The notes: generated from the letters alone by a model not told the origin. 63,925 bases of DNA, filler included, from Octopus bimaculoides (GCF_001194135.2; 7 parts of 5 records of this genome joined end to end with filler, not necessarily neighbours in it); one strand, 5' to 3'. Shown: positions 1-13,392, counted from the first letter of the whole stretch. Translations and numbers: made by a program.

Positions 1-9
1 TATATATAT

Positions 10-48
<39 letters not shown>

Positions 49-1218
49 TTATATATATGTATACGGAGATATGCGTATGTGTATGTATATATATGTATGT
101 ATATATATATCTATATGCTTTGTGTATGTATATGCTTGTATGTGTGAAATATTAATATGATATATTTATCCCTAAGGATAAACACCTTATATGGAATGTG
201 TTTTCTTCACTTTAATTATACTCATATAGTGAGAATGTCACTTAGATGTTTCCTATTTATATTTCAAAGCATCCGTTAGCCAAATCAGTTTTATTCCTTT
301 CACCACTAGACTCAACACTACCGAACCATGTTCTTATATTTCATCTTACACAATCAATTTATGAATATCCGTTTGAGCCATCTGACACAGACTCAATATG
401 GTCTGCTGTAATATTCTTCTGTTACTACCTTCCCTGATGTTTTCTCCATCTTTTGCACTGAGGAGAATGGTAATACGTAATTAATTTAATTTAATTTAAT
501 TTAATTATAATTATAATTAATTTAGATTTTCCCATATTTCTTGTTTGTTGGTGTTATCATTGGAAACGATCGTATGCATGGATGAAAATTTTATAAAAAT
601 TTTAACATCTCTTCTCCATCTTTAATGTTTAGTTGAGTTTATATAGGATTATATCGTATAAATGCTCATAACACACCTAATACTTATATATANNNNNNNN
701 NNNNNNNNNNNNNNNNNNNNNNNNNNNNNNNNNNNNNNNNNNNNNNNNNNNNNNNNNNNNNNNNNNNNNNNNNNNNNNNNNNNNNNNNNNNNNNNNNNNN
801 NNNNNNNNNNNNNNNNNNNNNNNNNNNNNNNNNNNNNNNNNNNNNNNNNNNNNNNNNNNNNNNNNNNNNNNNNNNNNNNNNNNNNNNNNNNNNNNNNNNN
901 NNNNNNNNNNNNNNNNNNNNNNNNNNNNNNNNNNNNNNNNNNNNNNNNNNNNNNNNNNNNNNNNNNNNNNNNNNNNNNNNNNNNNNNNNNNNNNNNNNNN
1001 NNNNNNNNNNNNNNNNNNNNNNNNNNNNNNNNNNNNNNNNNNNNNNNNNNNNNNNNNNNNNNNNNNNNNNNNNNNNNNNNNNNNNNNNNNNNNNNNNNNN
1101 NNNNNNNNNNNNNNNNNNNNNNNNNNNNNNNNNNNNNNNNNNNNNNNNNNNNNNNNNNNNNNNNNNNNNNNNNNNNNNNNNNNNNNNNNNNNNNNNNNNN
1201 NNNNTATATATATTATAT

Positions 1219-1274
1219 AGGCGCAGGAGAAGTGGGTATGTGATAAGTAGCTTGCTTGCCAACCACATGGTTCC
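1219..1274 (+). mobile_element. SINE family A, 5' head fragment
   Basis: ggcgcaggag...taagtagcttgcttgccaaccacatggttcc matches the 5' end of the full copy at 40499. Confidence 0.75.
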
Positions 1275-1527
1275 ATGCATCAGAAATGCAGAAATGGTAG
1301 TAGATATTTTGAAGTTGTATGTAGCATGTACGAGTTTCCCTGACCCGATTGTCATCTCTGTATTAATTGCAAAAACGTTTATATGACGTAGTTGTAATTC
1401 CGATTGCCAGCCTATCCAGTGATATTAGGGTTGTTCTCAAAGCTTATAGGATATGGAAGAGGACTGTGAAACTGTTTATTGATCTAACACTTTCAAGTAA
1501 CTTCTGCCTCCCAGCACACTTTTGAAT

Positions 1528-1680
<153 letters not shown>

Positions 1681-2513
1681 ATTAAGCGATGAAAACTTTA
1701 AATGTTTGCATTTAATTACACTTCGTTCAGCCTTCCTTGTTAAGTGGTTCGTAGAAAAATCTTTCGCTACGCTGTTTGTTATGCGATTACAAGTACTTTT
1801 CCTATAGTCTTATAGAATGCATGTCAATGTCACAATACCAGTAACATTTACACCACTTATCTATGTTATTAAGTGGTACATATACACTGATGATTAGAAT
1901 GTTCCAATGTAAGCTAAACATCTTTACTGTAGGCACGCTATTTTTAGACTAGACAGCTTGCTGCAGTTCAAATCAATAAAATATTGTTTTGAATTGTCTC
2001 ATGAAAAACATCAATGTTAGCAGCAACGATAACAGAATCGCATTTGTATATGAATAAAATAACACTTTATGATAAATTACAATTAAGCAAATGTGAAGAT
2101 ATCATAAAATTTCGCTAAATATTTCTTTTATCCTCAGTGGTTTAAGATTGCCTGATGAATGCAAGCAAGGCAAAACTTTTACTTTTACTTTATAAAATGA
2201 TCGTAAAACTCTTATATTTATCTTTCACATGTTACCTGTTGACGGTACACGGTTGGGGGTGATTCAATCATAGCGCGGATAACTAATCGATAAGTTTGAT
2301 TCGTATCCAGTTTTCTAAACTGCATCGTATCTCCGATCAAACCCCTAATTTTCTGTAAAAATTGACACCTTACTACGGTAGAGGGACTTAACGAGGTACA
2401 ATTACTTGCATATTTCTGAACAGACAGTGCTTAATTCATTTTCTTCTGTATGCAAAGTTTTACTTGGCACAAAAAAAAGTTATGTTGAAGTACTTATTTA
2501 ATAATTTATATCT

Positions 2514-4410
2514 TCAACACAACAAATCTCGATATTGTTCTACATCAGATGAAATTAATTTACTTGAAAGATCATCATCTTGATTATGGGGCACAAGTAA
2601 AATATACACTACAGGCATTAAAATACCCACATTGGGTAATTTTTCGTTCTTTCTCAACTTACAGTTACATCTATTTAATATTTCATTCAAAGTGAAATCA
2701 CTATTATTTCTGTTTGTAGCATTTGTGGAAGAACAGTTGTAATTTAACCACTTTCTTTTGCAGTACCTAGATTGGTTGAAGAACCTAAACAATACAATGA
2801 AATCTTGCAAAACAATGATTATACTATACTAATGATGCTGTCATTAAGTAAAGATCTATAATGAAGCATTTCGCTACTCAATCTTATAAGCTTCTTGCTG
2901 ATATGAGACATTTCTTACACGCATAAAGCCATAGGGAATCTGTAATATATTTTTACAAAGGAAAGTGTTGATTGTGTATTCATGCTTGTCCATACAAATG
3001 CCTGATATACAATACAATTAATTCAATAGGCTATTTCGATAACAATAGAATCGAATATAGAACAGAAGAACCATACAATATCCTCATATTAATGAAATGA
3101 TTAACTTGAAATCTAATGCTTCATAGTATGAGATCTAACCGCTTTCTTTCGTAATCGTAAATGGATATAAATGCATAAAATGTTACGTTCATTTTTATTC
3201 AGTGTCTGAATGCATTTATATTTTTGCTTCGTATTCAGTATAATTATCTTTAAAGATTTCGTACATACTAAATTACCAAGCAAAATCAGAAAAAAATCTC
3301 TTGCGTTTATATAACAGTGAAAATAGTGATGAATAGATATCACATGTCGCGTTGTTTAATAATTCATTGGAGTGTCGTTTTGTGTTAGCTCTAGTAAAAA
3401 AAAATATGAGTGCAATAGTTTCAAAAGAACTTGCTTGTCAACTTCCATACTTATGTCAACTCAACTTTGAAATAATGATTACTTTCAATTTGTATTTCAT
3501 ATTTTAGGATACATATAGAACGTTTATCAAAAATCTTTACTGTTGATTGTCTAACATTCTAGTTCCTTGAGTTTGAGAACATTTCAGAGAAACAAAATTT
3601 TAATCTATATATTACAAATCATTTGTATAACTGAGTTTTCTTAGCTCCTAATATTGTTTGCTGGTAGCTTCGACTTGATAATGCCAGTAGTAAAAATAAA
3701 ATTTAAGGAATCATCGAGATGAATAGTTTGAGATAAGTATCTGGAAATGACATCTTCAAACGTTACCTCTACTACCTAATAGATTATGTGAATCAATTAA
3801 CTTTATCTCTTTGAAAGAATATATATTCAGACGAATAAGTGTCAGTATTGCACGGATTTTCTTTGTAATTTAATAACACAGTGATCGTTGTTGTACGTGC
3901 GCAATCTATGAAGTATAGCCCTTTGATTCTTAATACCAACAAGTTCACTTCAAGCACGAGAAGAATTAATGTATGTCTGACACAAACATTTATCATATTC
4001 ATACTGTCAAGGCACTAATATGTGAGAAACTTTCTGAATCTTAACTCTTTCAAAATGGACTTATATACATGTTGCACTCGATGTTGACCCGCAGAATGAA
4101 TTCTTTATAAATTCAATCAAATAAAATTATAATTGAAAATTGTTGATATGATTGTGGTATAGTTTAAACTTCATTAAAAAATTGATGAATTCTAAAACAA
4201 ATACTATAAGAATAGTTTTACTGAAGAAAGATATAATAGCAAAAAAAAAAACAAAAAAAAACATAAATCCCCTTGTAGAAATTCTAATACAGAATTATTT
4301 ATCAAGATTCAAGCAGACATCACCTTACATATGTCGAAGATGTCTCACAGCAAAATCCACATCATCAGCAATTAACATGATGACAGCGAACAAACACACA
4401 CCTAGTTGAT
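2514..4410 (-). pseudogene. Possible decayed secretin-family/Methuselah-like 7TM GPCR with Cys-rich N-terminus
   Basis: Minus-strand frames, broken by stops and frameshifts, give motifs in a plausible order: RCHHVNC**CGFCCE (somatomedin-B-like), RTYNNDHCV, LILLGNLVCTKSLKIIIL..YKCIQTL...NILC (TM1/TM2-like), YQAFVWTSM (TM3-like), KKLIRLSSEM (TM6-like), IIVLQDFIVLFRFF (TM7 LQG-like), then a hydrophilic tail. Judged by eye only. Confidence 0.33.
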
Positions 4411-4517
4411 ATATAAAAAGTATTGAAATAAAATCTGATTTCATACAAATCAGAAAACTAACGTCAGTTGTTAGAAACAAATCATTATGGTGGAAACCTA
4501 ATACTGATTAATGCAAA

Positions 4518-4615
4518 GACATGTATGTATGTATGTTTGTATGTATGTATGTATTCATGCATTCGTGTATGTATGTATGTATGCATTCATGTATGTATGT
4601 ATGTATGTATGCATG

Positions 4616-4649
<34 letters not shown>

Positions 4650-4722
4650 TGTATGTATGTATGTATTCATGCATTCATGTATGTATGTATGTATGTATGT
4701 ATGTATGTATGTATGTATGTAT
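4518..4722. repeat. (TATG)n microsatellite
   Basis: Imperfect tetranucleotide array; explains the CMYV-repeat ORFs. Confidence 0.95.
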
Positions 4723-4998
4723 TCTGATTATATGTCTGTGCACACGTTTGAATGTGGTGTGTGCCAGAGGGTTTGCAAATCCAATGGGGGTCTTAAAAGA
4801 CATGTTAGGATCCACAATGAGCAGAACTTACTTGCAGGTATTTGTAGTGCAAATCAGAGGTGCAATCTGTGTGGGTGTTTTTTCAAAACACTGTCTGGTT
4901 TAAAAAGCCACATCAGACGCCATGAAAGGGCTAAGGTGTAGGTGCAGGAGGTTGTCAAACTCTGTTTAAGGAGTAGACAACCACCATGTATGTATGTA
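4723..4998 (+). mobile_element. 5'-truncated LINE 3' end (RTE-like) encoding two C2H2 zinc fingers
   Basis: FECGVCQRVCKSNGGLKRHVRIH and RCNLCGCFFKTLSGLKSHIRRH, stop at 4941, short 3' UTR and an (ATGT)n tail. C-terminal C2H2 fingers occur in RTE-group ORF2 proteins. Confidence 0.7.
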
Positions 4999-5039
4999 TA
5001 TCTTGTCTTTCACTTTTTAATTTAAAGTAAAGTTTGACC

Positions 5040-6060
5040 GGCCACCAACTTGGTAGCAAGGTTGTGAAGCAAAGTATCATGATTTAAGCGTCATTCTTAT
5101 AATCCTAACCTTTACAAGCGACTTGGCCTCTAATTCGATGAAAATGTTTGAAATGACTGGGGAAAAGGAGGTACTGACACCTTAAAACCAGTACTTCGAG
5201 TAGATAGGTCTTTTCAGCGTGGGAGGGCAATCATCTAAGAGAGGGAAAACTCTGACACCAATCTTTTACTGCTTTGCAGCAATTCCCACCTGCAGGAAAA
5301 CTTCAGGAATTTGGATCTTAAGGCTCTCATGCAGTTCAACTTTGTTTTTAACATTTTTCTGGCAAATATTGCAAAATTTCTGGTGCCAAGCTATACTTGA
5401 ACTTCTATTCAACAACAAATATATGAATAAGAGAAACCTGTTATGCGGACAACTACTGGTTTCCCATATTAACCCTACTGAGACCTGTCCTCAGGAGAGG
5501 ATTTTAGCATCACCTTGCTAATATGGCACAAGACAGAAAGCAGACGTTTACCGGTGATAAGCCTGTGCATAAATTAAAGTCGAGCTTGTCATCAGAGGCA
5601 GCTTTTGAAGGAGAACATTGTGTTCCGCAATTCTGATACCCCACACCACAAGCTGGGTAAACACCAGTCAATCAGATACTGTCCCGCCACATTTCACCGG
5701 TTTCACTGGATGATTGTCGCTGGCTGAGGGTTATTTACAAATATCCTGAATTACGGATGGTATATGTTGTATAAGGCATGACAAACAGACACTCAGATTT
5801 CAATGCCAGAGTGGATACCGACCATAGATCATCGCCAAGGTGCCTGGAGTGGGATTATATTGACAGCATACATGACAATGGACAGCGATTGCCTGAGTTT
5901 TAAACATTCCACGGAGATTTTGCACAAAATGACATTGCCATTTGAGAAAGTTGCCCATTATTCGATCCTTCCTGAGCGCCGACTGCGACATGGATCATTC
6001 TTTGCTTTGATGAAAGATCGGACTCAAATCAAAGGCTACCTATATGAAAGTACTTAGTAA
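5040..6060 (+). mobile_element. Decayed RTE-type LINE, 5' region with AP endonuclease
   Basis: SDFNARVDTDHRS...DNGQRLPEF (GDFNARVG...NGxRLL motif) near 5790-5905 and DCDMDHSLL (ADCxTDH motif) near 5980-6010. Confidence 0.65.
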
Positions 6061-6659
6061 ACAACACATTGATGTCACTATGATACGGTATCCAGTTAAA
6101 ACTGAAGAGTTTTAAGGTTAATGTATGATACCCTCAGATGTACAGACTCACATAAAATGTAGTTCACTCGTGTAAGTTAACCACAAGGTTTCACACGAGG
6201 CTTTTGTTGAGAAACGACGCAGCAATGGTTTGTAGCACGCTGGGCAAAGTCAACATTTGGGCAAATGGAGAGATATGCAAAGCATTACACTAAACTTTAC
6301 TCCACATGAAAGAGAATTACGAACATTGTGCAAGACACTGTGAAATGCCTGCTGCCTGCCCGGGACGAAGGAACTGTTGTATTTATTTAAAAAATAGACA
6401 TACATTTCAATTTAATAACTTCAAGGAAGCTATAGGATATTGGACAAGAACTCGACTTTGCACTACTTTATATAGCAGTTTAAGAATGTGATAATTTAAC
6501 TCTACTTTTTTGTGACTCATTAATTGATATTACGCTTTTTAATCTCCACTAAACCATAAATATATTGAGTTCTGACATCTGATTAGTGAAAACATGATAC
6601 TTACGTAATCAAAATAGACACACGCGCTTGCACAAACGCACACCTATATTGGCTGTTGT

Positions 6660-6716
6660 CCCTTTTTTGTATCACCTGCCTGGATGTTTTGCGTTCTTGT
6701 CCCATTTTTGTATTAT
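6660..6716 (+). repeat. 3' terminus of the element family seen at 38800-39588
   Basis: tgtatcacct..tggatgttttgcgt.cttgtcccatt.tgtattat matches 39528-39588. Confidence 0.75.
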
Positions 6717-7338
6717 ATATATATATATATATATNNNNNNNNNNNNNNNNNNNNNNNNNNNNNNNNNNNNNNNNNNNNNNNNNNNNNNNNNNNNNNNNNN
6801 NNNNNNNNNNNNNNNNNNNNNNNNNNNNNNNNNNNNNNNNNNNNNNNNNNNNNNNNNNNNNNNNNNNNNNNNNNNNNNNNNNNNNNNNNNNNNNNNNNNN
6901 NNNNNNNNNNNNNNNNNNNNNNNNNNNNNNNNNNNNNNNNNNNNNNNNNNNNNNNNNNNNNNNNNNNNNNNNNNNNNNNNNNNNNNNNNNNNNNNNNNNN
7001 NNNNNNNNNNNNNNNNNNNNNNNNNNNNNNNNNNNNNNNNNNNNNNNNNNNNNNNNNNNNNNNNNNNNNNNNNNNNNNNNNNNNNNNNNNNNNNNNNNNN
7101 NNNNNNNNNNNNNNNNNNNNNNNNNNNNNNNNNNNNNNNNNNNNNNNNNNNNNNNNNNNNNNNNTGTGTGTGTGTGTGCATGGTTTGGTGATTTATCGAT
7201 TAGTGTGTTTGTGTGTGTGTGTATGACGTAGTGGAAGAAATTAGTAGCAGGACTGGTTAGTGGGCGCTTATAGACAGTGTAGGTAGAAGGTCAACAGGTG
7301 GTTATTTGAGTATGTGTGTGTTCGTGTTTGTGTGGGGT

Positions 7339-7407
<69 letters not shown>

Positions 7408-8999
7408 GATTTGATTAAAAGATTTTTACTATTTCTCCCAGGCCTTAATAGAGTCAAGCCGAGCGCTTAAAATAAATATGTACGATTCCTAGAAAAATTA
7501 TTCCATCGTATGACGTAAATGGTAGAATGTGATTTGATGAGTTATCCGTTATAATTCAGTTAATTGATTCATTTCAGCTTGTGCAAATGCTCAGTGGAAC
7601 AGCGTGGAGATGGAAATAGAGAGCTATTGCATTTATTATCATTAAGATTCTCATCAGTTTCTAGTTTCTGTCATTGAATTGAGTGTAGACGTCCTGCAGC
7701 ACAGCAGTCAATAATTTAGTTGATGTTATTGACTCCAATATTCATTTAATTGCAACTATTTTTCGAATCTCTATATTATATAGCAGAATGTAACGCAGCA
7801 CAAACAATATTGGTCTTTAGTGATGTTTAGATCGCTTTATGAATATGAATACACATACACTCCCACAACCACACACTTGCACGCGCGCGAGTACACAAGC
7901 ACACACACACACGCATACACACACACACGCATACACACACACACACATACGCACACATACACACATATGGGGGATTATGCAGTTTACATCTGCCAAAATT
8001 CACTCAAGTGCTAATGGTTATTTGGACAATATTGAATATTGAAGGTGACTTTGACTAAGCTGCTATTACAAAAGAATTAAACACGAAAGTTCATACATGA
8101 TTGTGAAGCAGCTTGTCAAATCTAAAAATGTAAGATAATTGGCACAAAGATGATCTAGGAAGAAACAAGAAAATCCGAAATAAAAATTCAATAATACGCT
8201 AATATATTATCTTTTGCAGAGAAACATTTTTACAAATCTGCCAGTGAATTGTGTAACAGAGTGAGTTCTGTTGCATGCACTCCGACACGAATTTTTGAGA
8301 ATTCTGAAAATAAATGTATCTGAATAGTTGATAGCGTGGTCAATACCATTAATGATGCATCTGTTTGATCATGTCAACTTTTATCTAAATAAAAAATGTA
8401 GAGATACTTCGAAAAAATAGCAGATACTTAGTAAAGAATGCTGGTCTAACTCAGGCATAATGTCTAGATTTTAGTAAGATAACAGGGTATCACCGTTAGA
8501 TATGTAGATAGAAAGATGAGAGAAAATAAAATAAAAATAAAATAAAAATAAAATAGTTGTAAAGTAAAGCAAGATAAAATACCAAAAAAATGGAGGAAGA
8601 TGAAAAAAATGTAAAAAATGTAAAGCAATATAAAATACAATAGTAGAGATCAAGGAGGTTTAATTTTTGTAATGATTTGATGGTTATATGATTTATTTCA
8701 AAAGAAAAAACGTTCACGGATATAGAAGCTTTAAATGCTTGTAGTTATAAAGTTTAAGGTTTGTGAATTAAAAGTAGATAGGTAGATAAATGAATAAACA
8801 GACATATAGATGGGTTAAAAGTTAGAAAGACAGACATATATATTAATCGATCGATCAATAGGCAAATGGGTTGTTAGATCGATAGATAGAGGGATAGATA
8901 ATTCAATAGGTTGATAGAAGGATAGGTAGTTTACCCCACGTATGACGTGTGACCTAGAATGATCCTTGTCGATGGGTGTTATAGCTTACGTAACATTTT

Positions 9000-9740
9000 C
9001 GAATTCATGATTTTTTTATATGTAACTTTTAATCCTATTTTCGCTTTCTTGATGATGGTTAGGTTTTCACGCTTTCATGATTAAAGATCCTAGTAGAACT
9101 AGTAGACATATGTCCATGCATCCAACTCATTATGGTGTTTCAGGCTAATGTACGCCTGAGGTTGACTTAATCCCTCCCCCTCTCTAGTATGCGGATGGAG
9201 AAATCCAGTACAGTGTTGATAGTGTTGGAACACGGCGCTGGGCAGTGTGCCCTCATGCAGATGATCCTTTACCCTAAGGTGATGGTGTCTCTTGGTCAAT
9301 CCTATGTATACCGCCCCGCAGAAGCACGTCATCAAGTACACCATGTCAGATTTAAAACTTAACCGGGCACTGTCCGGTGGTTGGGTTGTTTGGATGGGGC
9401 TATGGTTTAGGCGACACGCTTCTGTTGTTTTGTTGGTGTGTGTGAGGTGGTGTTTGAGCGTCTGATCCTGTATCGTGATTCTGACGATAAGGCTAGATCT
9501 GATGCTGTTTAATACTTCCACAATTAACAACTGTTGCGAAATGATTAAATTTGTCCTTTAAATTCTTTGCGTTGGGTTCCACCACTCCACCAAGTTGAAA
9601 CTTACGAACTGTATTTTGATCACTCGGCATGTGGCTTAGATGTCATGGCTTGATGAATGCGCTAACTTGGTTAGCATTTATCCTGCTTCTTTCACGAAAT
9701 ATTTTAGCCAATATGTGTGCGGCTTAGACGCCACCGTTTG
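9000..9740 (-). mobile_element. Penelope-like element remnant, GIY-YIG endonuclease
   Basis: ORF 9099-9530 contains KSDMVYLMTCFCGAVYIGLTKRHHHLRVKDH (GIY-YIG). Confidence 0.8.
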
Positions 9741-10039
9741 GTAGGTAGCCAATGATTTTTACTTCGATCACACCTAAAGAAATAATTGTGTTATATTTTG
9801 AAATGTTGTATAACAACACTCTTGTTTCAGTGAATTCTAGTTCTACTATTCCTACAATTTTCCAGAAATTTTACATTTCAATCAAGTCAGTGTTGATATG
9901 CTTAGTACTACCACCATCATCACCATCACCTTTATTATTGCTATTGTTAGTGGTGGTGGTAAGTGGCAGTAGTACTTATCATTATTGTTATTATCAACGT
10001 TACCACTATCACCGTTACTATAACTATTATTATTATGGT

Positions 10040-10345
10040 CCATTTAAAATGGGTTTGAATTTATCAATAAAATTCTTTTCTCTAACTTTTCTCTCGACAT
10101 CACTTCAGTTGTGTAGTTTGTAGAATGGGAATGTCATAAACATTTTCTGACCACATTTTACCAGATGGTTGCTTAAAGGGATCTGACGGACATCAGGGTT
10201 TTTAATATGCTGTCGGTGCACACGTGAACGTTCTGTTAATGCATTCCCAGTCTGGTCAATGTATATCATTTCACAAATCTGGTATTTAATGCAGTAAAGT
10301 AAACTTCAGCTACCGCACTTCATATTTGAATTTGCAAATATTCTT
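10040..10345 (-). mobile_element. Penelope-like element remnant, GIY-YIG C-terminus
   Basis: Manual translation: LLYCIKYQICEMIYIDQTGNALTERSRVHRQHIKNPDVRQIPLSNHLVKCGQKMFMTFPFYKLHN*SDVERKVREKNFIDKFKPILNG. Confidence 0.8.
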
Positions 10346-10463
10346 CCGGTTTTTGTGTTCATTATATTGACCGGTACTTATAAACTGACATGTACCACAT
10401 AAATTATCATTGTCTTTAGATACAGTGAATTTTTCGTCATTGTTGCTTAGATCAAACTTTGCT

Positions 10464-10464
<1 letters not shown>

Positions 10465-10534
<70 letters not shown>

Positions 10535-10553
10535 TCATAATAATAATCATAAT
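10465..10553. repeat. (AAT)n microsatellite
   Basis: Trinucleotide array running into a gap. Confidence 0.95.
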
Positions 10554-10871
10554 NNNNNNNNNNNNNNNNNNNNNNNNNNNNNNNNNNNNNNNNNNNNNNN
10601 NNNNNNNNNNNNNNNNNNNNNNNNNNNNNNNNNNNNNNNNNNNNNNNNNNNNNNNNNNNNNNNNNNNNNNNNNNNNNNNNNNNNNNNNNNNNNNNNNNNN
10701 NNNNNNNNNNNNNNNNNNNNNNNNNNNNNNNNNNNNNNNNNNNNNNNNNNNNNNNNNNNNNNNNNNNNNNNNNNNNNNNNNNNNNNNNNNNNNNNNNNNN
10801 NNNNNNNNNNNNNNNNNNNNNNNNNNNNNNNNNNNNNNNNNNNNNNNTATATATATATATATATATATATG

Positions 10872-11108
10872 CGTGTGTGTATGTGTGTATGTTTGCGTGT
10901 CTGTGTTTGTCCCCCTATCGTCGGTTGCCAACCGATGTTGGTGTGTTTACGCCCCTGTAACTTACTGGTTCAGCATAAGAGAACGATAGAATAAGTACTA
11001 TGCTCGCAGAGAATAAGTCCTGGGGCTAATTTGTTCGAATAAAAGCAGTGCTCCAACATGGTCGCAGTCAAATGGCTGAAATAAATAAAAGGATAAACGA
11101 ATAAAAGA
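10872..11108 (+). mobile_element. SINE family A, 3' half
   Basis: accgatgttggtgtgtttac...agaataagtcctgggg...gcagtcaaatggctgaaa matches 40720-40890. Confidence 0.85.
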
Positions 11109-11128
11109 ATATATATATATATATACAC

Positions 11129-12037
11129 GTAGTTGAAAAATATCGTTATAGGTATAAAAATACCTATAAACAATTATAGAAAAATGGAGGAGAAAAAGAT
11201 GTTGAATCAAAATTAGATTTAATACAAAATAGGATTCCATACATACGCGCGTTTCAAAGGACAATACAAATATGTAAGAAGAAAATAATAACCATACTAA
11301 TTATAATTAAAATCATAATTAAATTTATGCATTGTCATTTTCAGCAGTGTGAAGAATTTTTGTAAGGAACTCAAAAATTTTAGTAATATAAAGTAAATTA
11401 GAATAAGATACAATAAGGAGTATAACCTACGGGGTATGAGGGAAAAATCGGATATTTGCAAGCAAGGTTTAAATGGGGAAAAATAACGGTAATACTTATA
11501 GGAAGAGAGACGAAAGGGAAAAAAAAAGACAAACACATCAATGTGTATGCAAGTCTATATGTGCGGTAAACTATAACATAAAAATAAGAATTTTTTTAAT
11601 GAGCTTACCATTCATATAGACGTGCATACACATTGATACTTTTGTCTTTTTTCCCTTTGGTCTCTCTTACTATTATTATTACTGTTATCTTTCTCCCATT
11701 TCAAAACTTGCTTGCAAATATCCGATTTTTTCCCCCTATTATACTACTTGTATTCTCCCTTATTTTATCTTATTTTAATTTACTTTACTTTACAAAACCT
11801 TTTTTCATGTCCTTACAAAAATTCTTCACACTGCTGAAAATGACAATGTATAATTCTAATTATAATTTTAGTTATAATTACTATTGTTATAATTTTTTCT
11901 TACATATTTATATTGTCCTTTGAAACACGCGTATGTATTGAATCCTACTTTGTATTAAACCTAATTTTGATTCAACATCTCTTTGTTCTCCATTTTTCTA
12001 TGGTATTTTTATACCTATAACGATATTTTTCAACTAC
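11129..12037. repeat. ~910-bp imperfect inverted repeat (foldback), centre ~11587
   Basis: gtagttgaaaaatatcgttataggtataaaaatacc is mirrored by ggtatttttatacctataacgatatttttcaactac. SLQKFFTLLKMT appears in ORFs on both strands. Confidence 0.92.
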
Positions 12038-13054
12038 TATATTCATATTCTTATTACTTGCTCTGGCTGTTTTTTTATGAATATGATGAATCTTTATTAG
12101 AAATCATTCTTTCTCTCTTTTTGGACCTCTCAAATCGTTTGAATTGTTCTCTTTGGAATTTTTTTCCCTAGATATATATACGTATGTGTATATATATATA
12201 TATATATNNNNNNNNNNNNNNNNNNNNNNNNNNNNNNNNNNNNNNNNNNNNNNNNNNNNNNNNNNNNNNNNNNNNNNNNNNNNNNNNNNNNNNNNNNNNN
12301 NNNNNNNNNNNNNNNNNNNNNNNNNNNNNNNNNNNNNNNNNNNNNNNNNNNNNNNNNNNNNNNNNNNNNNNNNNNNNNNNNNNNNNNNNNNNNNNNNNNN
12401 NNNNNNNNNNNNNNNNNNNNNNNNNNNNNNNNNNNNNNNNNNNNNNNNNNNNNNNNNNNNNNNNNNNNNNNNNNNNNNNNNNNNNNNNNNNNNNNNNNNN
12501 NNNNNNNNNNNNNNNNNNNNNNNNNNNNNNNNNNNNNNNNNNNNNNNNNATATATATATGTATGTATATATAATGTATGTATGTATTTAGACAATTGATG
12601 AGAACTAGATACCGTCAGTGAAGAAAACGCAAAACAGGAAGTAGTGCTCTAATCAATTTGAATTTAGACGGAGCCAACTCCACGGCACCCGGAGAGGCTA
12701 TAAGAGAAATCTAACACGTGTTAATATGGGGGCAGTAACGCATATAAACTCGGTTAGGCTTGGTTCAGCACTCACACACACACACGCACACACACTCACA
12801 CACGTATAGACATACACGCGCGCACACATACATATTCACTCACACGCGCGCGCAAACAAATTTTGCTAACCCTCTCTTGACGACAGAAATCGGACTAATA
12901 TTCGTATAACTGTTCACTGTTTGCATATTCACGGATTTTTGCATATTCCATCTGATAATTATGAAAATTACGATTAGTACGTAACTCTGACTCGATTTTA
13001 GAAATCATATACGTTCTTCTCAGTATTGTGTATTCTTTATGCTCTATATAAGTA

Positions 13055-13061
13055 CATTTGA

Positions 13062-13105
<44 letters not shown>

Positions 13106-13182
13106 TAATAATAATAATAACAACAACAACAACAATAACAACAACAACAACAACAACAACAATAATAATAATAATAATAATA
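13055..13182. repeat. (AAT)n/(AAC)n microsatellite
   Basis: Compound trinucleotide array. Confidence 0.95.
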
Positions 13183-13392
13183 CAAGACCAAAGCCTCCCC
13201 ACCAGAAATTACCAAAAACATATAATAAAAAGAAACATAACAAGTAACTGCAGAATATGTGGAGATCGACAAGAAACAATAAATCATATTATCTCTGGCT
13301 GCCCAGTCCTGGCTAAGAAGAAATATAATCACAGACACGACAGAGCTGGGACCTACATACACTGGAAGCTATGCCAACACTATGGAATAACA
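13183..13392 (+). mobile_element. R4/Dong-type non-LTR retrotransposon fragment (CCHC knuckle of the RLE region)
   Basis: IQDQSLPTRNYQKHII...CRICGDRQETINHIISGCPVLAKKKYNHRHD; begins directly after (AAT)n. Confidence 0.85.

Noticed and set aside
1886-2190. CTGATGA motifs near 1887 and 2152 as hammerheads
   Set aside because: No correctly placed GAAA, stem III or stem I; at best a very decayed PLE end.
4723-4941. Host C2H2 zinc-finger gene
   Set aside because: Only two fingers, no TGEKP linker, a microsatellite tail and no upstream exon; fits a LINE C-terminus better.
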